From Chloroflexota bacterium (GTDB lineage: Bacteria > Chloroflexota > Limnocylindria > Limnocylindrales > CSP1-4): a stretch of DNA of 64,000 bases. Below, in pieces: positions 38,749-48,530 of the stretch. Position numbers and translations under genes: made by a program. The notes below the pieces were generated by a model. That model saw only the letters and a program-made list of their open reading frames with translations. It was not told the DNA's origin and searched no databases. Numbering within the stretch: position 1 is the stretch's first letter; each line of letters begins with the position of its first letter. The stretch covers positions 6,841-70,840 of the forward strand of contig JADGQI010000172.1 of the NCBI GenBank assembly GCA_017881905.1. The letters run 5' to 3'.

Positions 38749-39246
38749 GTGGCTGGCCTGAAGCAGGCTACCGCCACCTCCGCCGGTGGCGTTGTCGTCC
38801 GGTCCGAGGCCGGCATCCCGAGGTTCGTCGCCGGTCGGCGCAACGATGTCCGGACCTGGACCCTCCCCAAGGGCACGCCGATCGCCGGGGAGTCGACCGA
38901 GGAGACGGCCGTTCGCGAGGTGACCGAGGAGACCGGGCTGCAGGTCCGCGTCCTCGAGTCGCTCGATCTCATCAGCTACACGTTCACGCAGCGCGGGACC
39001 CGGATCCACAAGACCGTCTTCTACTTCCTGATGGAGCCGACCGGCGGGGATCTCAGCCAGCACGATCACGAATTCGACGAGGTCCGCTGGTTCGAGATGG
39101 CGGAGGCGGGTGCCGTGCTGACGTTCGAGTCCGAGCGGGGCCTGGTCGAGCGCGCCGCCGAGCGACTCGCCCAGCGGCGTGCCGGAGCGGCGGACGCGGC
39201 GGGGTCGCCGGCCGCCGGACCCGATCCGGCCGGTCCGGGTGCCTGA
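38749..39246 (+). CDS. NUDIX hydrolase
   Basis: ORF 38749..39246 with a GTG start. Nudix box GESTEETAVREVTEETGL. Confidence 0.85.
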   Translation: MAGLKQATATSAGGVVVRSEAGIPRFVAGRRNDVRTWTLPKGTPIAGESTEETAVREVTEETGLQVRVLESLDLISYTFTQRGTRIHKTVFYFLMEPTGGDLSQHDHEFDEVRWFEMAEAGAVLTFESERGLVERAAERLAQRRAGAADAAGSPAAGPDPAGPGA

Positions 39247-39247
39247 G

Positions 39248-40363
39248 GTGGGGGTCGCGGGCGACGACGCGGTCCGGACCACGCCGCTGCTCGAGCGCCA
39301 CCGTGCCCTCGGCGCGCGGCTGATCGACTTCGCCGGGTGGCTGATGCCCGTCCAGTACGCCGGGATCCTCGAGGAGCACCGGGCGGTCCGCGAGGCCGCC
39401 GGGCTATTCGATCTGTCGCACATGGGCGAGCTGTTCGTCGAAGGGCCCGAGGCCGGGACCGCGCTGGCGTTCGCGCTCGTCACCGATCCGCGGACGCTCG
39501 CGGTCGGGCGCGCCCACTACTCGATGATCTGCGCCCCCGACGGTGGGATCCTCGACGATCTGATCGTCTACCGGCTGGCAGACGATCGGTACCTCGTCGT
39601 GGCGAACGCGGCCAACGCCCAGGTCGTGAGCGATCTCCTCGTCGAGCGGATGGCGGGCTTCCGAGCGATCGTCGACGACCGCTCCCTGGCGACCGCCCTG
39701 GTCGCGATCCAGGGCCCGCGCTCGCTCGAGATCGCGACGCCGCAGACGGGGATCGACCTGTCCGCGCTGCGCTACTACGGGATCGCCGAGGGCCAGGTAG
39801 CCGGCATCGACGCACTCGTCGCCCGGACCGGCTACACCGGCGAGGACGGCTTCGAGGTCTTCGTCGACATGGAGCGGGCCGTGGAGCTGTGGGACGCGCT
39901 CATGACCGCCGGCGAGGCGCTCCGGCTCGCCCCCATCGGGCTGGGTGCCCGGGACACGCTTCGCCTCGAGGCGGGGATGCCGCTCTACGGCAACGAGCTC
40001 GATGCCGCCACGACCCCGTACGAGGCCGGTCTTGGCCGGGTGGTCAAGCTGGCCAAGCCCGGGGACTTCGTCGGCCGTGCCGCCCTCGAACGCGTCGAGG
40101 CGAACGGGCCGACCCGGCGCCTGGTCGGCCTGGTCGTCCGCGGGCGGGGCATCGCCCGACACGGCTACCCCGTGTTCGCCGACGAGCGCCAGACGGGCGT
40201 CGTGACCAGCGGGGCGCCGAGCCCGACGCTCGGTGTGCCGATCGCGATGGCCTACGTCGCCCCCGCCGATGCCGAACCCGGTACCATGCTGGCGGTCGGG
40301 ATCCGCGACGCGCGGGTCGCCGCCGAGGTCGTCCCGCTCCCGTTCTACCGGCGGGCGGGCTGA
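39248..40363 (+). CDS. gcvT: glycine cleavage system T protein (aminomethyltransferase)
   Basis: In-frame part of ORF 39179..40363. The GTG at 39248, 2 nt after the NUDIX stop, gives VGVAGDDAVRTTPLLERHRALGARLIDFAGWLMPVQY. Confidence 0.9.
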   Translation: MGVAGDDAVRTTPLLERHRALGARLIDFAGWLMPVQYAGILEEHRAVREAAGLFDLSHMGELFVEGPEAGTALAFALVTDPRTLAVGRAHYSMICAPDGGILDDLIVYRLADDRYLVVANAANAQVVSDLLVERMAGFRAIVDDRSLATALVAIQGPRSLEIATPQTGIDLSALRYYGIAEGQVAGIDALVARTGYTGEDGFEVFVDMERAVELWDALMTAGEALRLAPIGLGARDTLRLEAGMPLYGNELDAATTPYEAGLGRVVKLAKPGDFVGRAALERVEANGPTRRLVGLVVRGRGIARHGYPVFADERQTGVVTSGAPSPTLGVPIAMAYVAPADAEPGTMLAVGIRDARVAAEVVPLPFYRRAG

Positions 40364-40422
40364 CCGCTCCACGAGCCCGGTCGGGAGGTGGAGACGGTCG
40401 CTACGAGGAGGATCGGCCGCCG

Positions 40423-40803
40423 ATGGTCCCCACGGATCTGCGCTACACCAAGGACCACGAGTGGGTCCGCGTCGACGGCGACCAGGCGACGATCGGGATC
40501 ACCGAGTACGCCACGACCCAGCTCGGCGACATCGTCTTCGTCGAGCTGCCGGACACTGGTCGGGCGCTCAGCCAGAGTGCGGTCTTCGGCGTCGTCGAGT
40601 CGGTCAAAGCGGTGAGCGACCTGTTCGCACCGATCAGCGGCGCGGTGACCGAGGCGAACGGCGCCCTGGCCGGCGAGCCGGAGCTGGTCAACGCCGAGCC
40701 ATACGGCGCCGGCTGGATGCTCCGCGTGACGGTGGCCGATGCCGCCGAGCTCGACGAGCTGCTCGACCCCGCCGCGTACGACGCCCTGATCGCGGAGGGC
40801 TGA
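40423..40803 (+). CDS. gcvH: glycine cleavage system H protein
   Basis: ATG at 40423 preceded by GAGGAGGA. Lipoyl-lysine motif ESVKAVSDL. Confidence 0.9.
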   Translation: MVPTDLRYTKDHEWVRVDGDQATIGITEYATTQLGDIVFVELPDTGRALSQSAVFGVVESVKAVSDLFAPISGAVTEANGALAGEPELVNAEPYGAGWMLRVTVADAAELDELLDPAAYDALIAEG

Positions 40804-40810
40804 CCTCCCG

Positions 40811-42190
40811 ATGCCCTACGGGCCGCACACCCCGGCCGATCGCGCCCGGATGCTGGCGACGATCGGGGTCGACTCCGTCGATGCGCTCTTCGCCGACATC
40901 CCCGAGTCGCTCCGCGCCGGTCGGCTCGAGCTGCCGGGTCCCGAGCCCGAGCTCAGCCTGGCGGCGCGCCTGCAGGCCCTGGCCGGCCGCAACCGGGTCG
41001 ATCTGGCCTCCTTCCTCGGGGCCGGCGTCTACCGTCACTACACCCCGGCCGCCGTCGACCAGATCCTGCTCCGCGGCGAGTGGTACACGGCCTACACGCC
41101 CTATCAGCCCGAGATCAGCCAGGGCACCCTCCAGTCGATCTACGAGTACGAATCGCTGATGGCCGAGCTGGTCGCCATGGACGTGGTCTCCGCCTCGCAT
41201 TACGACGGCGCGGCGGCGACCGCCGAGGCGGCCCTGATGACCTGCCGGGCGACCCGGCGTGAGCGGGTCCTCGTGTCCCGGGCGGTCCACCGCCACTACC
41301 GGGAGACCACGACGACGTACTTCCTGGGTGGCGGGCTGGCCGTCGAGGAGATCCCGCTGATCGCGACCGGACCCGATGCCGGAACGACGGACCTGGGCGC
41401 CCTCGAGCGGATGCTGGCCGACCAGGATCGACCCGTGGCCGGCGTGGTGGCAGGTCAGCCGAATTTCCTCGGGCTGCTCGAGCCGATGGCCGAGATCGGC
41501 CGGCTGGCGCATGCCGCGGGGGCGCTGTTCGTGGCGGTCGTCGAACCCGTGTCGCTGGCGGTGCTAGCTCCCCCTGGAGCGTACGGCGCGGACATCGCGG
41601 CCGGTGAAGGCCAGCCACTCGGCATCGCTCCGCAGTACGGCGGCCCGTACCTCGGGATCCTCGCCTCGACCGACGCGCTCGTCCGCCAGATCCCCGGCCG
41701 GCTGGTCGGGATGACGACCGACCTGGACGGTCAGCGGGCGTTCGTGATGACGATGCGCGCGCGCGAACAGGACATCCGGCGCGAGAAGGCGGCGAGCAAC
41801 ATCTGCACGAACCAGGCCTTGCTGGCCCTCGCCGCGAGCGTCTATCTCACGACGATCGGGCCGCACGGGCTCAAGGACGTCGCCGCGCTCGGAGCGGCCC
41901 GGGCGGCCGAACTCGAGACGGCCCTCGCCGCGGCCGGGGCGCCGCGCCTCCACCCTGGGCCGTATCTGAACGAGTTCGTCGTCCGCGTCCCGGACGCCCC
42001 AGCCGTCCACCGGCGGCTGCTCGATCGGGGGATCCTCGCCGGGCTTGTCCTGGCCGAGGCGGAACCCGACGACCCCTCGCTCGCGGACGGCCTGCTGGTC
42101 TGCGCGACCGAGGTCACCACGGAAGACGAGATCGCCCGGTTCGCGACGGAGCTGGCGGACGCCCGGACGCCCGGCCAGGTCGCGTCATGA
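40811..42190 (+). CDS. gcvPA: glycine dehydrogenase (decarboxylating) subunit 1
   Basis: ORF 40811..42190. Confidence 0.9.
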   Translation: MPYGPHTPADRARMLATIGVDSVDALFADIPESLRAGRLELPGPEPELSLAARLQALAGRNRVDLASFLGAGVYRHYTPAAVDQILLRGEWYTAYTPYQPEISQGTLQSIYEYESLMAELVAMDVVSASHYDGAAATAEAALMTCRATRRERVLVSRAVHRHYRETTTTYFLGGGLAVEEIPLIATGPDAGTTDLGALERMLADQDRPVAGVVAGQPNFLGLLEPMAEIGRLAHAAGALFVAVVEPVSLAVLAPPGAYGADIAAGEGQPLGIAPQYGGPYLGILASTDALVRQIPGRLVGMTTDLDGQRAFVMTMRAREQDIRREKAASNICTNQALLALAASVYLTTIGPHGLKDVAALGAARAAELETALAAAGAPRLHPGPYLNEFVVRVPDAPAVHRRLLDRGILAGLVLAEAEPDDPSLADGLLVCATEVTTEDEIARFATELADARTPGQVAS

Positions 42191-43689
42191 GCGTCACCGG
42201 CAAGCGCTTGCAGTCCACGATCTTCGAGAAGTCGAGCCCCGGCCGCGGTGGCGGCAAGATCCCGCACGCCCCGGCCGACGCACTGGCCAGGATCCCGGCG
42301 GCCGCGCGACGCCAGTCGCCGCCCGCTCTGCCCGAGATGAATGAGCCGGAGGTCGTCCGCCACTACGTCAACCTGTCGCAGCTCAACTACGCGGTGGATA
42401 CCGGGTTCTATCCGCTGGGCTCGTGCACGATGAAGTGGAATCCGAAGCTGAACGAGTGGGCGGCCCGCCTGCCCGGCTTCGCGAACCTCCACCCGCTCGC
42501 GCCCGACGCGGTCGCCCAGGGCACGCTCCAGCTCTTGTGGGAGCTCGAGGCGGCGCTGGCCGAGATCAGCGGGATGCGCGCCGTCACCCTCCAGCCGGCG
42601 GCGGGCGCCCAGGGCGAGCTGACCGGGATCCTGATGATCCGCGCCTACCATCGCGAGCGGGGCGACCTCGATCGGACCGAGGTGCTCGTCCCGGACAGCT
42701 CGCATGGGACGAACCCGGCCACGGCGACGATGGCCGGCTTCACGACGGTCACCGTCCCATCGGCCGCGGACGGTGGGGTCGATCTCGATGCGTTCACGGC
42801 GGCGCTCGGGCCCCGCACCGCGGCGGTGATGATCACCAACCCGTCGACCCTGGGCCTGTTCGAGGCGCGCATCGGCGAGCTGCTCGACCTCGTCCATGGC
42901 GCGGGAGCGCTGGCGTACATGGACGGGGCCAACCTGAACGCGATCCTCGGCCGGTTCAAGCCGGGCCAGGCGGGCTTCGACGTCATGCACTTCAACGTCC
43001 ACAAGACGTTCAGCACGCCGCACGGCGGCGGCGGCCCGGGGGCCGGTCCGGTGGGCGTCGGCACGAGCCTGCTGCCGTATCTCCCGGCGCCGCGGGTCCT
43101 GCGCGAGGCCGACGACACCTTCCGCCTCGAACGGCCCGGCGAGCGCCCGTCGTCGATCGGGCGGATGCGCAGCTTCGTCGGGAACACCGGGGTGCTCGTC
43201 CGAGCGTACGCCTACATCCGGGCCCACGGGGGGAGCGGGCTGCGCGAGGTCAGCGACGACGCGGTGCTGGCGGCGAACTACCTCAGGGTCCGCCTGGCCG
43301 GGACGTTCGACGAGCCGTACGGGGACCGCGCCTGCAAGCACGAATTCGTGGCGTCAGCGTCAAGCATCAAGAAGGCGACCGGGGTCCGGACGCTGGACAT
43401 CGCGAAGCGTCTGATCGACTACGGCTATCACCCTCCGACGATCTACTTCCCGTTGATCGTCGACGAGGGGATGCTGATCGAGCCGACCGAGACCGAGACG
43501 ATCGAGACGCTCGACGCCTTCGCCGACGCCCTGATCGCGATCGCCGCCGAGGCTCGCTCGAACCCACAGCTCGTCCTGGACGCCCCGCACGATGCACCCG
43601 TCCGACGTCTCGACGAGGCGACCGCGGCCCGCCATCCGGATCTGCGCTGGCGTCCGATGGCCGGCGCCGATACGCCGTGCCCGGACTGA
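42187..43689 (+). CDS. gcvPB: glycine dehydrogenase (decarboxylating) subunit 2 (PLP-binding)
   Basis: ORF 42187..43689. The start overlaps the gcvPA stop. Confidence 0.9.
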   Translation: MSVTGKRLQSTIFEKSSPGRGGGKIPHAPADALARIPAAARRQSPPALPEMNEPEVVRHYVNLSQLNYAVDTGFYPLGSCTMKWNPKLNEWAARLPGFANLHPLAPDAVAQGTLQLLWELEAALAEISGMRAVTLQPAAGAQGELTGILMIRAYHRERGDLDRTEVLVPDSSHGTNPATATMAGFTTVTVPSAADGGVDLDAFTAALGPRTAAVMITNPSTLGLFEARIGELLDLVHGAGALAYMDGANLNAILGRFKPGQAGFDVMHFNVHKTFSTPHGGGGPGAGPVGVGTSLLPYLPAPRVLREADDTFRLERPGERPSSIGRMRSFVGNTGVLVRAYAYIRAHGGSGLREVSDDAVLAANYLRVRLAGTFDEPYGDRACKHEFVASASSIKKATGVRTLDIAKRLIDYGYHPPTIYFPLIVDEGMLIEPTETETIETLDAFADALIAIAAEARSNPQLVLDAPHDAPVRRLDEATAARHPDLRWRPMAGADTPCPD

Positions 43690-43715
43690 TCGTGGAGCGT
43701 GCGCGCACCTGTCGG

Positions 43716-43743
43716 TGAACCTTCCACGCGGGAAGGGCGTATC
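43716..43743 (+). promoter_or_regulatory. candidate ECF-type autoregulatory promoter (TGAACC-N16-CGTATC) upstream of the ECF sigma factor gene
   Basis: Motif read from the sequence ~120 nt upstream of the sigma gene start. It resembles the SigW/sigE-type AAC-N16-CGT promoter. Confidence 0.4.
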
Positions 43744-43859
43744 TTCGGTCGGGAGCAACGGGAGATCGGCCAGCCCGCGCCTCGGAGGATCCGACCACGA
43801 GCGAGCCAATCGATGATGCGGAGCGACGTCGTCGGCGTGCCGAGGAAATCGCGCTTCTC

Positions 43860-44441
43860 GTGCGGATGCAGCGCGACGATCTGGACGCCTTCGAGGCGTT
43901 CTTCATGCGCTACCGGACGTCGATCTACCGCACCGCCTACGGCCTGACCGGCGACGCGCAGGCAGCCGAGGAGATCCTCCAGGACACGTTCGCCCGGGCG
44001 TATCAGCGTCGGCACATCCTTCGGACCGACGTCTCGCCGCTGCCCTGGCTGCACCGGGTCGCGCTCAACCTGTGCTACTCGCGCCTGGGCCGGCGCCGCC
44101 TGCCGTCTTCGCCGATCGAGGACGAGGTGGTCGGCCTGGTGCGCGACCGGGCGACCGAGCCGGCTGAGCATGCCGAACAGCAGGAGCTGCGTCGGATCGT
44201 GCGCGACGGGGTCGCCCACCTGCCGCCGAAGCATCAGAGCGTCGTCATCCTGTACTACCTCCACGGCCTGTCGCTCCAGGAGACGGCCGAGCTCCTCGAC
44301 ATCCGCCTGGGCACGGTCAAGTCGCGCCTGCATTACGCGCTTCGGGCGTTGCGCACCAGGCTCGAGGGCGATCGGCGCTTCGGTGGCGCGTACGGCGAGG
44401 TCGGCACCGAACCGGTCGACGCCGAGGAGGCAGTCCCGTGA
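43860..44441 (+). CDS. ECF (sigma-70 family, group IV) RNA polymerase sigma factor
   Basis: ORF 43860..44441. Regions 2 and 4 are recognisable (LDAFEAFFMRYRTSIYRTAY; LPPKHQSVVILYYLHGLSLQETAELLDIRLGTVKSRLHYA). Confidence 0.85.
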   Translation: MRMQRDDLDAFEAFFMRYRTSIYRTAYGLTGDAQAAEEILQDTFARAYQRRHILRTDVSPLPWLHRVALNLCYSRLGRRRLPSSPIEDEVVGLVRDRATEPAEHAEQQELRRIVRDGVAHLPPKHQSVVILYYLHGLSLQETAELLDIRLGTVKSRLHYALRALRTRLEGDRRFGGAYGEVGTEPVDAEEAVP

Positions 44442-45013
44442 TGGGTCGTGCGTCAGGCTGCATGCGGCACCGGGCGGAGCTGCTCGCCCTCGGGGAACGT
44501 TCCGAGCGGGGACCGTACATCGACGCCGCGCTCGACCATCTCGCCCGCTGTCGCCGCTGCGAGGAGGATCTGACCGAGATCATGCTCGCCGGCCACGCTG
44601 TCCGACGTCTCCTGGCCGAGGCGGCCACGGTCGACCCACCGGTCGAGGCCTGGGAGCGGTTGCGGACGCGGGTCCAGCGACCGGTCGCGAGCGCCTGGCG
44701 GGCCCGGACATCCCTGGCGGGAGTCGTCGTCGGCGCCGGGCTGGTGGCCGCCCTCGTCGGCCCGGTAACAGTCCTCCATTCCGCGACGGACGCCGTCAGC
44801 GAACCCGGCCCGCCGCCGGCCGCGCACCAGGCCCGTGTCGAGGCGGACGCGCGAGCGATGGCCGTCTTCCTCGATAGCCAGCGGGTCGAGCCGACACAGC
44901 CCCCGGTCACCATCGTGGCCGACGCGTCGACGATCGCGTGGTCGGGCCCCGACGGCCTGCGTCGGGCGGCCCCGCCGGTCCGGATCGACCTCAACCCCGC
45001 ACGAGCCGACTGA
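44438..45013 (+). CDS. zinc-binding (ZAS, H-x3-C-x2-C) anti-sigma factor with a TM helix
   Basis: ORF 44438..45013. HLARCRRCEED motif and the TM segment LAGVVVGAGLVAALVG. The start overlaps the sigma factor stop. Confidence 0.7.
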   Translation: MMGRASGCMRHRAELLALGERSERGPYIDAALDHLARCRRCEEDLTEIMLAGHAVRRLLAEAATVDPPVEAWERLRTRVQRPVASAWRARTSLAGVVVGAGLVAALVGPVTVLHSATDAVSEPGPPPAAHQARVEADARAMAVFLDSQRVEPTQPPVTIVADASTIAWSGPDGLRRAAPPVRIDLNPARAD

Positions 45014-45129
45014 ACGGTCCCGACGGGATCGACCGCCACCGCGGCGGAGGAGGTGCGACAGAACGACAGGCGGCCATCCGAGACCCGATCCGCGCTCCGT
45101 CGGTGACCCTTCGGGGCACGATCGCCGTC

Positions 45130-45158
45130 AGTTGACACGTTCCGGGTGCGTCCGCATA
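45130..45158 (+). promoter_or_regulatory. candidate sigma70-type promoter TTGACA-N17-CATAGT upstream of Opp-like operon 1
   Basis: Read from the sequence. It lies ~180 nt upstream of the SBP ATG at 45339, implying a long 5' UTR. Confidence 0.35.
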
Positions 45159-45338
45159 GTGGCGGCAGCGCAGGGACCGCAGCTCACCGTGCGCTCGTCA
45201 GTTCGCCCACCGTTTCCGTGCCGGCGACCCGGTCTGCTCTGCAGATCGAGCCGGGAGACCGTGGGGGACAGTGGCGTACGTGCGGTCCGTTGCGAAATTG
45301 GGAGTGACAGGGTCAAGTACCCATTTGGAGGACCGCAG

Positions 45339-47195
45339 ATGCGGAATCGCTTACTCGGCTTGCTCGCGACCTCGGCGATCGTCTTCGCCGCTTGCCAGGG
45401 CGCAACGAGCACGCCTGCCGCTTCGACCGCGCCAGCCAGCGCGGCAGCACCGTCGGAGGCCGCCGCGGCGTCGCCGACGGTCGCGCCTTCGCCGACGCCG
45501 GTCGACTACGACCAGCTCCTGTACGGCTATGACTACAAGCCGTCGACCGGGACACCGGGCGGCAAGGTCATCATCGGCACGGATGCGACGATCGACCAGC
45601 TCAACCCGTATTACCAGAACGCGACCGCGGACACCGAAGTGATCGCTTCGACCATGCGCTCGCTCCTCACGGTCTCCTCGGACGGCCACTGGAAGCCGGA
45701 CCTCGCCGCCGAGCCGATCACGTTCAAGGACAGCGTCACGAATGACCCGTCGGGCGGTGGGTTCACCGTCCACGCCAAGCTGAAGCCGGGCCTCAAGTGG
45801 TCCGATGGCCAGCCGCTGACGTTCGCCGACTGGGTCTACACCTGGAACTGGATCCTCGACAAGAACCAGGTCGGGATCACGACCTCGCCGTACGACCAGA
45901 TCGACAAGATCACCCCGTCGGCCGACGGGCTCGAGGCGGACTTCCACTTCAAGGCGCCGTTCGCCGGCTGGCTCGGCGCGGTCGGCGGCATGTGGCCGAT
46001 GCCCGAGCACTACATGAAGACCATTCCGATCAAGGACGCAGCGGCCAAGAGCTATCCGCTCAGCGCGGCCGTCGGTGCTGCCCCGACCAGCGGACCGTTC
46101 AAGTACGACACGGCCTCGTCCGACACCGTCGTGCTTTCCCGGAACGACAACTGGGCCGGGGGCGACCATCCGGCGTACCTGGACGGCGTGACCTACAAGA
46201 CCTACGCCGACGCGGCGACCGAGGTCGCGGCCTTCCTGACCGGCGACATCGACGTCGCGATCGAATTGTCGCAGGACGATTACGACGCCATCAAGGGCGT
46301 CGATCCGGCGACCGGGAAGGCGATCATCGCGCCGGCCTGGCTGTACGAACACTTCGACATGAACCAGTCGGGCCTCGGTCAGGGCAAGGGCCACCCGGCC
46401 CTCCAGGACCCGATCGTCCGCAAGGCCATCTCGCAGGCGATCGACAAGAATGCGATGTGGCAGGCGGTCTTCCCGGGCGCCCCGGTCCCGGACAACAACC
46501 CCTGCACCAACGCCACCCCGTCCAACTACTGGCAGCTGCCGGATGCCAAGTGCCTTCCGTTCGACCTCGCGGCCGCCAACAAGGCGCTCGACGACGCCGG
46601 CTACAAGGCCGGAGCCGACGGGATCCGCGTCGACCCGAAGAGTGGTCTCCCGCTCGTCTTCGAGCACTGCACCAGCACCCAGGGGTTCCGAGAGCTCGGT
46701 GCAGACTTCCTCGCGAAGTCGCTCCAGCAGATCGGCATCAAGCTCAACGAGAATTTCGTCGACCGGACGACGGTCCTGTTCGCCAACTGGCCGAACGTCA
46801 AGGACGACACGAAGTGCAACCTGGCCCATGGCAACTACGACACGTCGGAGTTCGCCTACCAGCTGACCTTCGATCTGTTCGGTGACTACTACTACAGCTA
46901 TCACTCGGAGCAGATCCCGACGGCGGCCAACAAGGGCAACGGGTACAACTACCTGCGCCTGAACAACCCCGAGATGGACGCTGCGATCAATGTGCTGAAG
47001 AACTCGAATGATCCCAAGGACCAGATCGAGGCGGCCTACAAGATCCAGCAGGCATACATCGATACCGTACCGGAGGTCGTCCTCTACTACCGCAACGACG
47101 TGCGGGGTGTGGGCGCCAAGGTCCAGAACTTCGAGAAGAACCCGGGCACCGCGACCGACATGTGGAATGTCGAAGACTGGTGGCTGCAGCAGTAA
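45339..47195 (+). CDS. ABC transporter substrate-binding lipoprotein, family 5 (peptide/nickel, OppA/DppA-like)
   Basis: In-frame part of ORF 44835..47195. ATG at 45339 after GGAGG. Lipoprotein signal MRNRLLGLLATSAIVFAAC. Confidence 0.9.
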   Translation: MRNRLLGLLATSAIVFAACQGATSTPAASTAPASAAAPSEAAAASPTVAPSPTPVDYDQLLYGYDYKPSTGTPGGKVIIGTDATIDQLNPYYQNATADTEVIASTMRSLLTVSSDGHWKPDLAAEPITFKDSVTNDPSGGGFTVHAKLKPGLKWSDGQPLTFADWVYTWNWILDKNQVGITTSPYDQIDKITPSADGLEADFHFKAPFAGWLGAVGGMWPMPEHYMKTIPIKDAAAKSYPLSAAVGAAPTSGPFKYDTASSDTVVLSRNDNWAGGDHPAYLDGVTYKTYADAATEVAAFLTGDIDVAIELSQDDYDAIKGVDPATGKAIIAPAWLYEHFDMNQSGLGQGKGHPALQDPIVRKAISQAIDKNAMWQAVFPGAPVPDNNPCTNATPSNYWQLPDAKCLPFDLAAANKALDDAGYKAGADGIRVDPKSGLPLVFEHCTSTQGFRELGADFLAKSLQQIGIKLNENFVDRTTVLFANWPNVKDDTKCNLAHGNYDTSEFAYQLTFDLFGDYYYSYHSEQIPTAANKGNGYNYLRLNNPEMDAAINVLKNSNDPKDQIEAAYKIQQAYIDTVPEVVLYYRNDVRGVGAKVQNFEKNPGTATDMWNVEDWWLQQ

Positions 47196-47217
47196 CCCCT
47201 TCCTAGGACAGCGTGCG

Positions 47218-47246
47218 GACGACGGCTCGACCACCGAGCCGTCGTC
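47218..47246 (+). terminator. 12-bp perfect stem-loop (GACGACGGCTCG / CGAGCCGTCGTC) 23 nt after the SBP stop; candidate intra-operon attenuator/terminator
   Basis: Inverted repeat read from the sequence. There is no U-tract, which is common in high-GC genomes. Confidence 0.4.
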
Positions 47247-47396
47247 CGTGCATCCGATCCGGCGACCGAGCGGACCGGAGCGGGAAGCGGACGTCGTCCG
47301 GGCATCGACCCGGGGCCCCTGTCGGGGTGCCGGCGATCAGGTCCCGGGCGTGGAAGCAACTTGTGACGGAGCCTGTCACATGACCAGGTACCCGCG

Positions 47397-48530
47397 ATGA
47401 TCAAGTTCATCATCCGTCGCTCGCTCGGCCTTGTGCCGCTGCTTCTGCTCGTGGTCGTCTTCAGCTTCCTGCTGATGAAGGCCGCTCCCGGCGGACCGGA
47501 GGCCCAGTTCCAGGGCAACAAGAAGATCAGCCAGGTCCAGATCGATGCCTGGCTCAAGCGTTGGTGCCTCCAGCCGACGGACGCCAATACCCCGATCCTC
47601 GAGCAGGTCGGCAACTACTTCGTCGAATTCGGCGGCTGGTTCGGGATCCTGAACTGCAACCGGTCCGGGTCGCAGGCGTTCTTCTCGGACTCGGGCGGCC
47701 TGAACGTCTTGCCGCCCGCGCTCGGAGGCGGCAGCAACGGCGTCATCCACGGCGATCTGGGCTACGGGATCCAGTCGGGCCGGCCGGTCACCGAGATCAT
47801 CGCCGAGCGGATCCCGGCCACATTCATCCTCGCCTTCACGGCGCTCGTCCTGTGGGTCAGCATCGCGATCGTGCTGGGGGTCTACGCGGCGATCCACCGC
47901 TACTCGCTGTTCGACCAGACGGTGACGTTCCTGAGCTACATCTTCTACTCGTTGCCGACGTTCTGGCTCGGACTCAACCTGATCTTCATCTTCGGGGTCG
48001 CGCTGCGCTGGTTCCCGACCGGGGGGATCATCACCACCCGCGACTGGTCGCCGTTCAACACGCCCCAGTACTGGCAGCAGTTCGGGGCCAACCCGGGCGC
48101 CGCGACGCTCGATATCGGGCGCCACCTCTTCCTGCCCGTGCTGACCCTGGTGGCCGTCAATATCGCCGGTGACAGCCGATTCGTCCGCGCCTCGATGCTC
48201 GAGTCGATCAATCAGGACTACGTCCGGACCGCCCGGGCCAAGGGCCTGCGCAACCGGGTCGTCGTCGGCAAGCACGCCCTGCGTAACGCGATGCTGCCGG
48301 TCGTGACCAACGTCGCCCTCGAGATCCCGTTCCTGTTCTCCGGGGCGATCGTGACCGAGACGATCTTCAACTGGCCCGGGATGGGCCGCCTGTTCATCGA
48401 CTCGATCGGGGGCAAGGACTACTTCGTGATCATGGGCCTCCTCCTGGTGACCGCCATCATCACGCTCTTCGCGAACCTCATCGCGGATGTCGTCTACGCC
48501 ATCGTCGATCCGAGGATCCGGTATGACTGA
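47397..48530 (+). CDS. ABC transporter permease (OppB/DppB family) with a ~60-aa Cys-containing extracytoplasmic insertion
   Basis: ORF 47397..48530. BPD_transp_1 fold. The insertion lies between the first TM helix and the GDLGYG region. Confidence 0.9.
   Translation: MIKFIIRRSLGLVPLLLLVVVFSFLLMKAAPGGPEAQFQGNKKISQVQIDAWLKRWCLQPTDANTPILEQVGNYFVEFGGWFGILNCNRSGSQAFFSDSGGLNVLPPALGGGSNGVIHGDLGYGIQSGRPVTEIIAERIPATFILAFTALVLWVSIAIVLGVYAAIHRYSLFDQTVTFLSYIFYSLPTFWLGLNLIFIFGVALRWFPTGGIITTRDWSPFNTPQYWQQFGANPGAATLDIGRHLFLPVLTLVAVNIAGDSRFVRASMLESINQDYVRTARAKGLRNRVVVGKHALRNAMLPVVTNVALEIPFLFSGAIVTETIFNWPGMGRLFIDSIGGKDYFVIMGLLLVTAIITLFANLIADVVYAIVDPRIRYD

Noticed and set aside
38420-38750. Glycine riboswitch upstream of the gcv operon
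   Set aside because: The GGAGAG/ACCGAAGG/CTCAGGC aptamer cores were searched by eye and not found on either strand. The region is reported separately as an Arg-rich ORF candidate.
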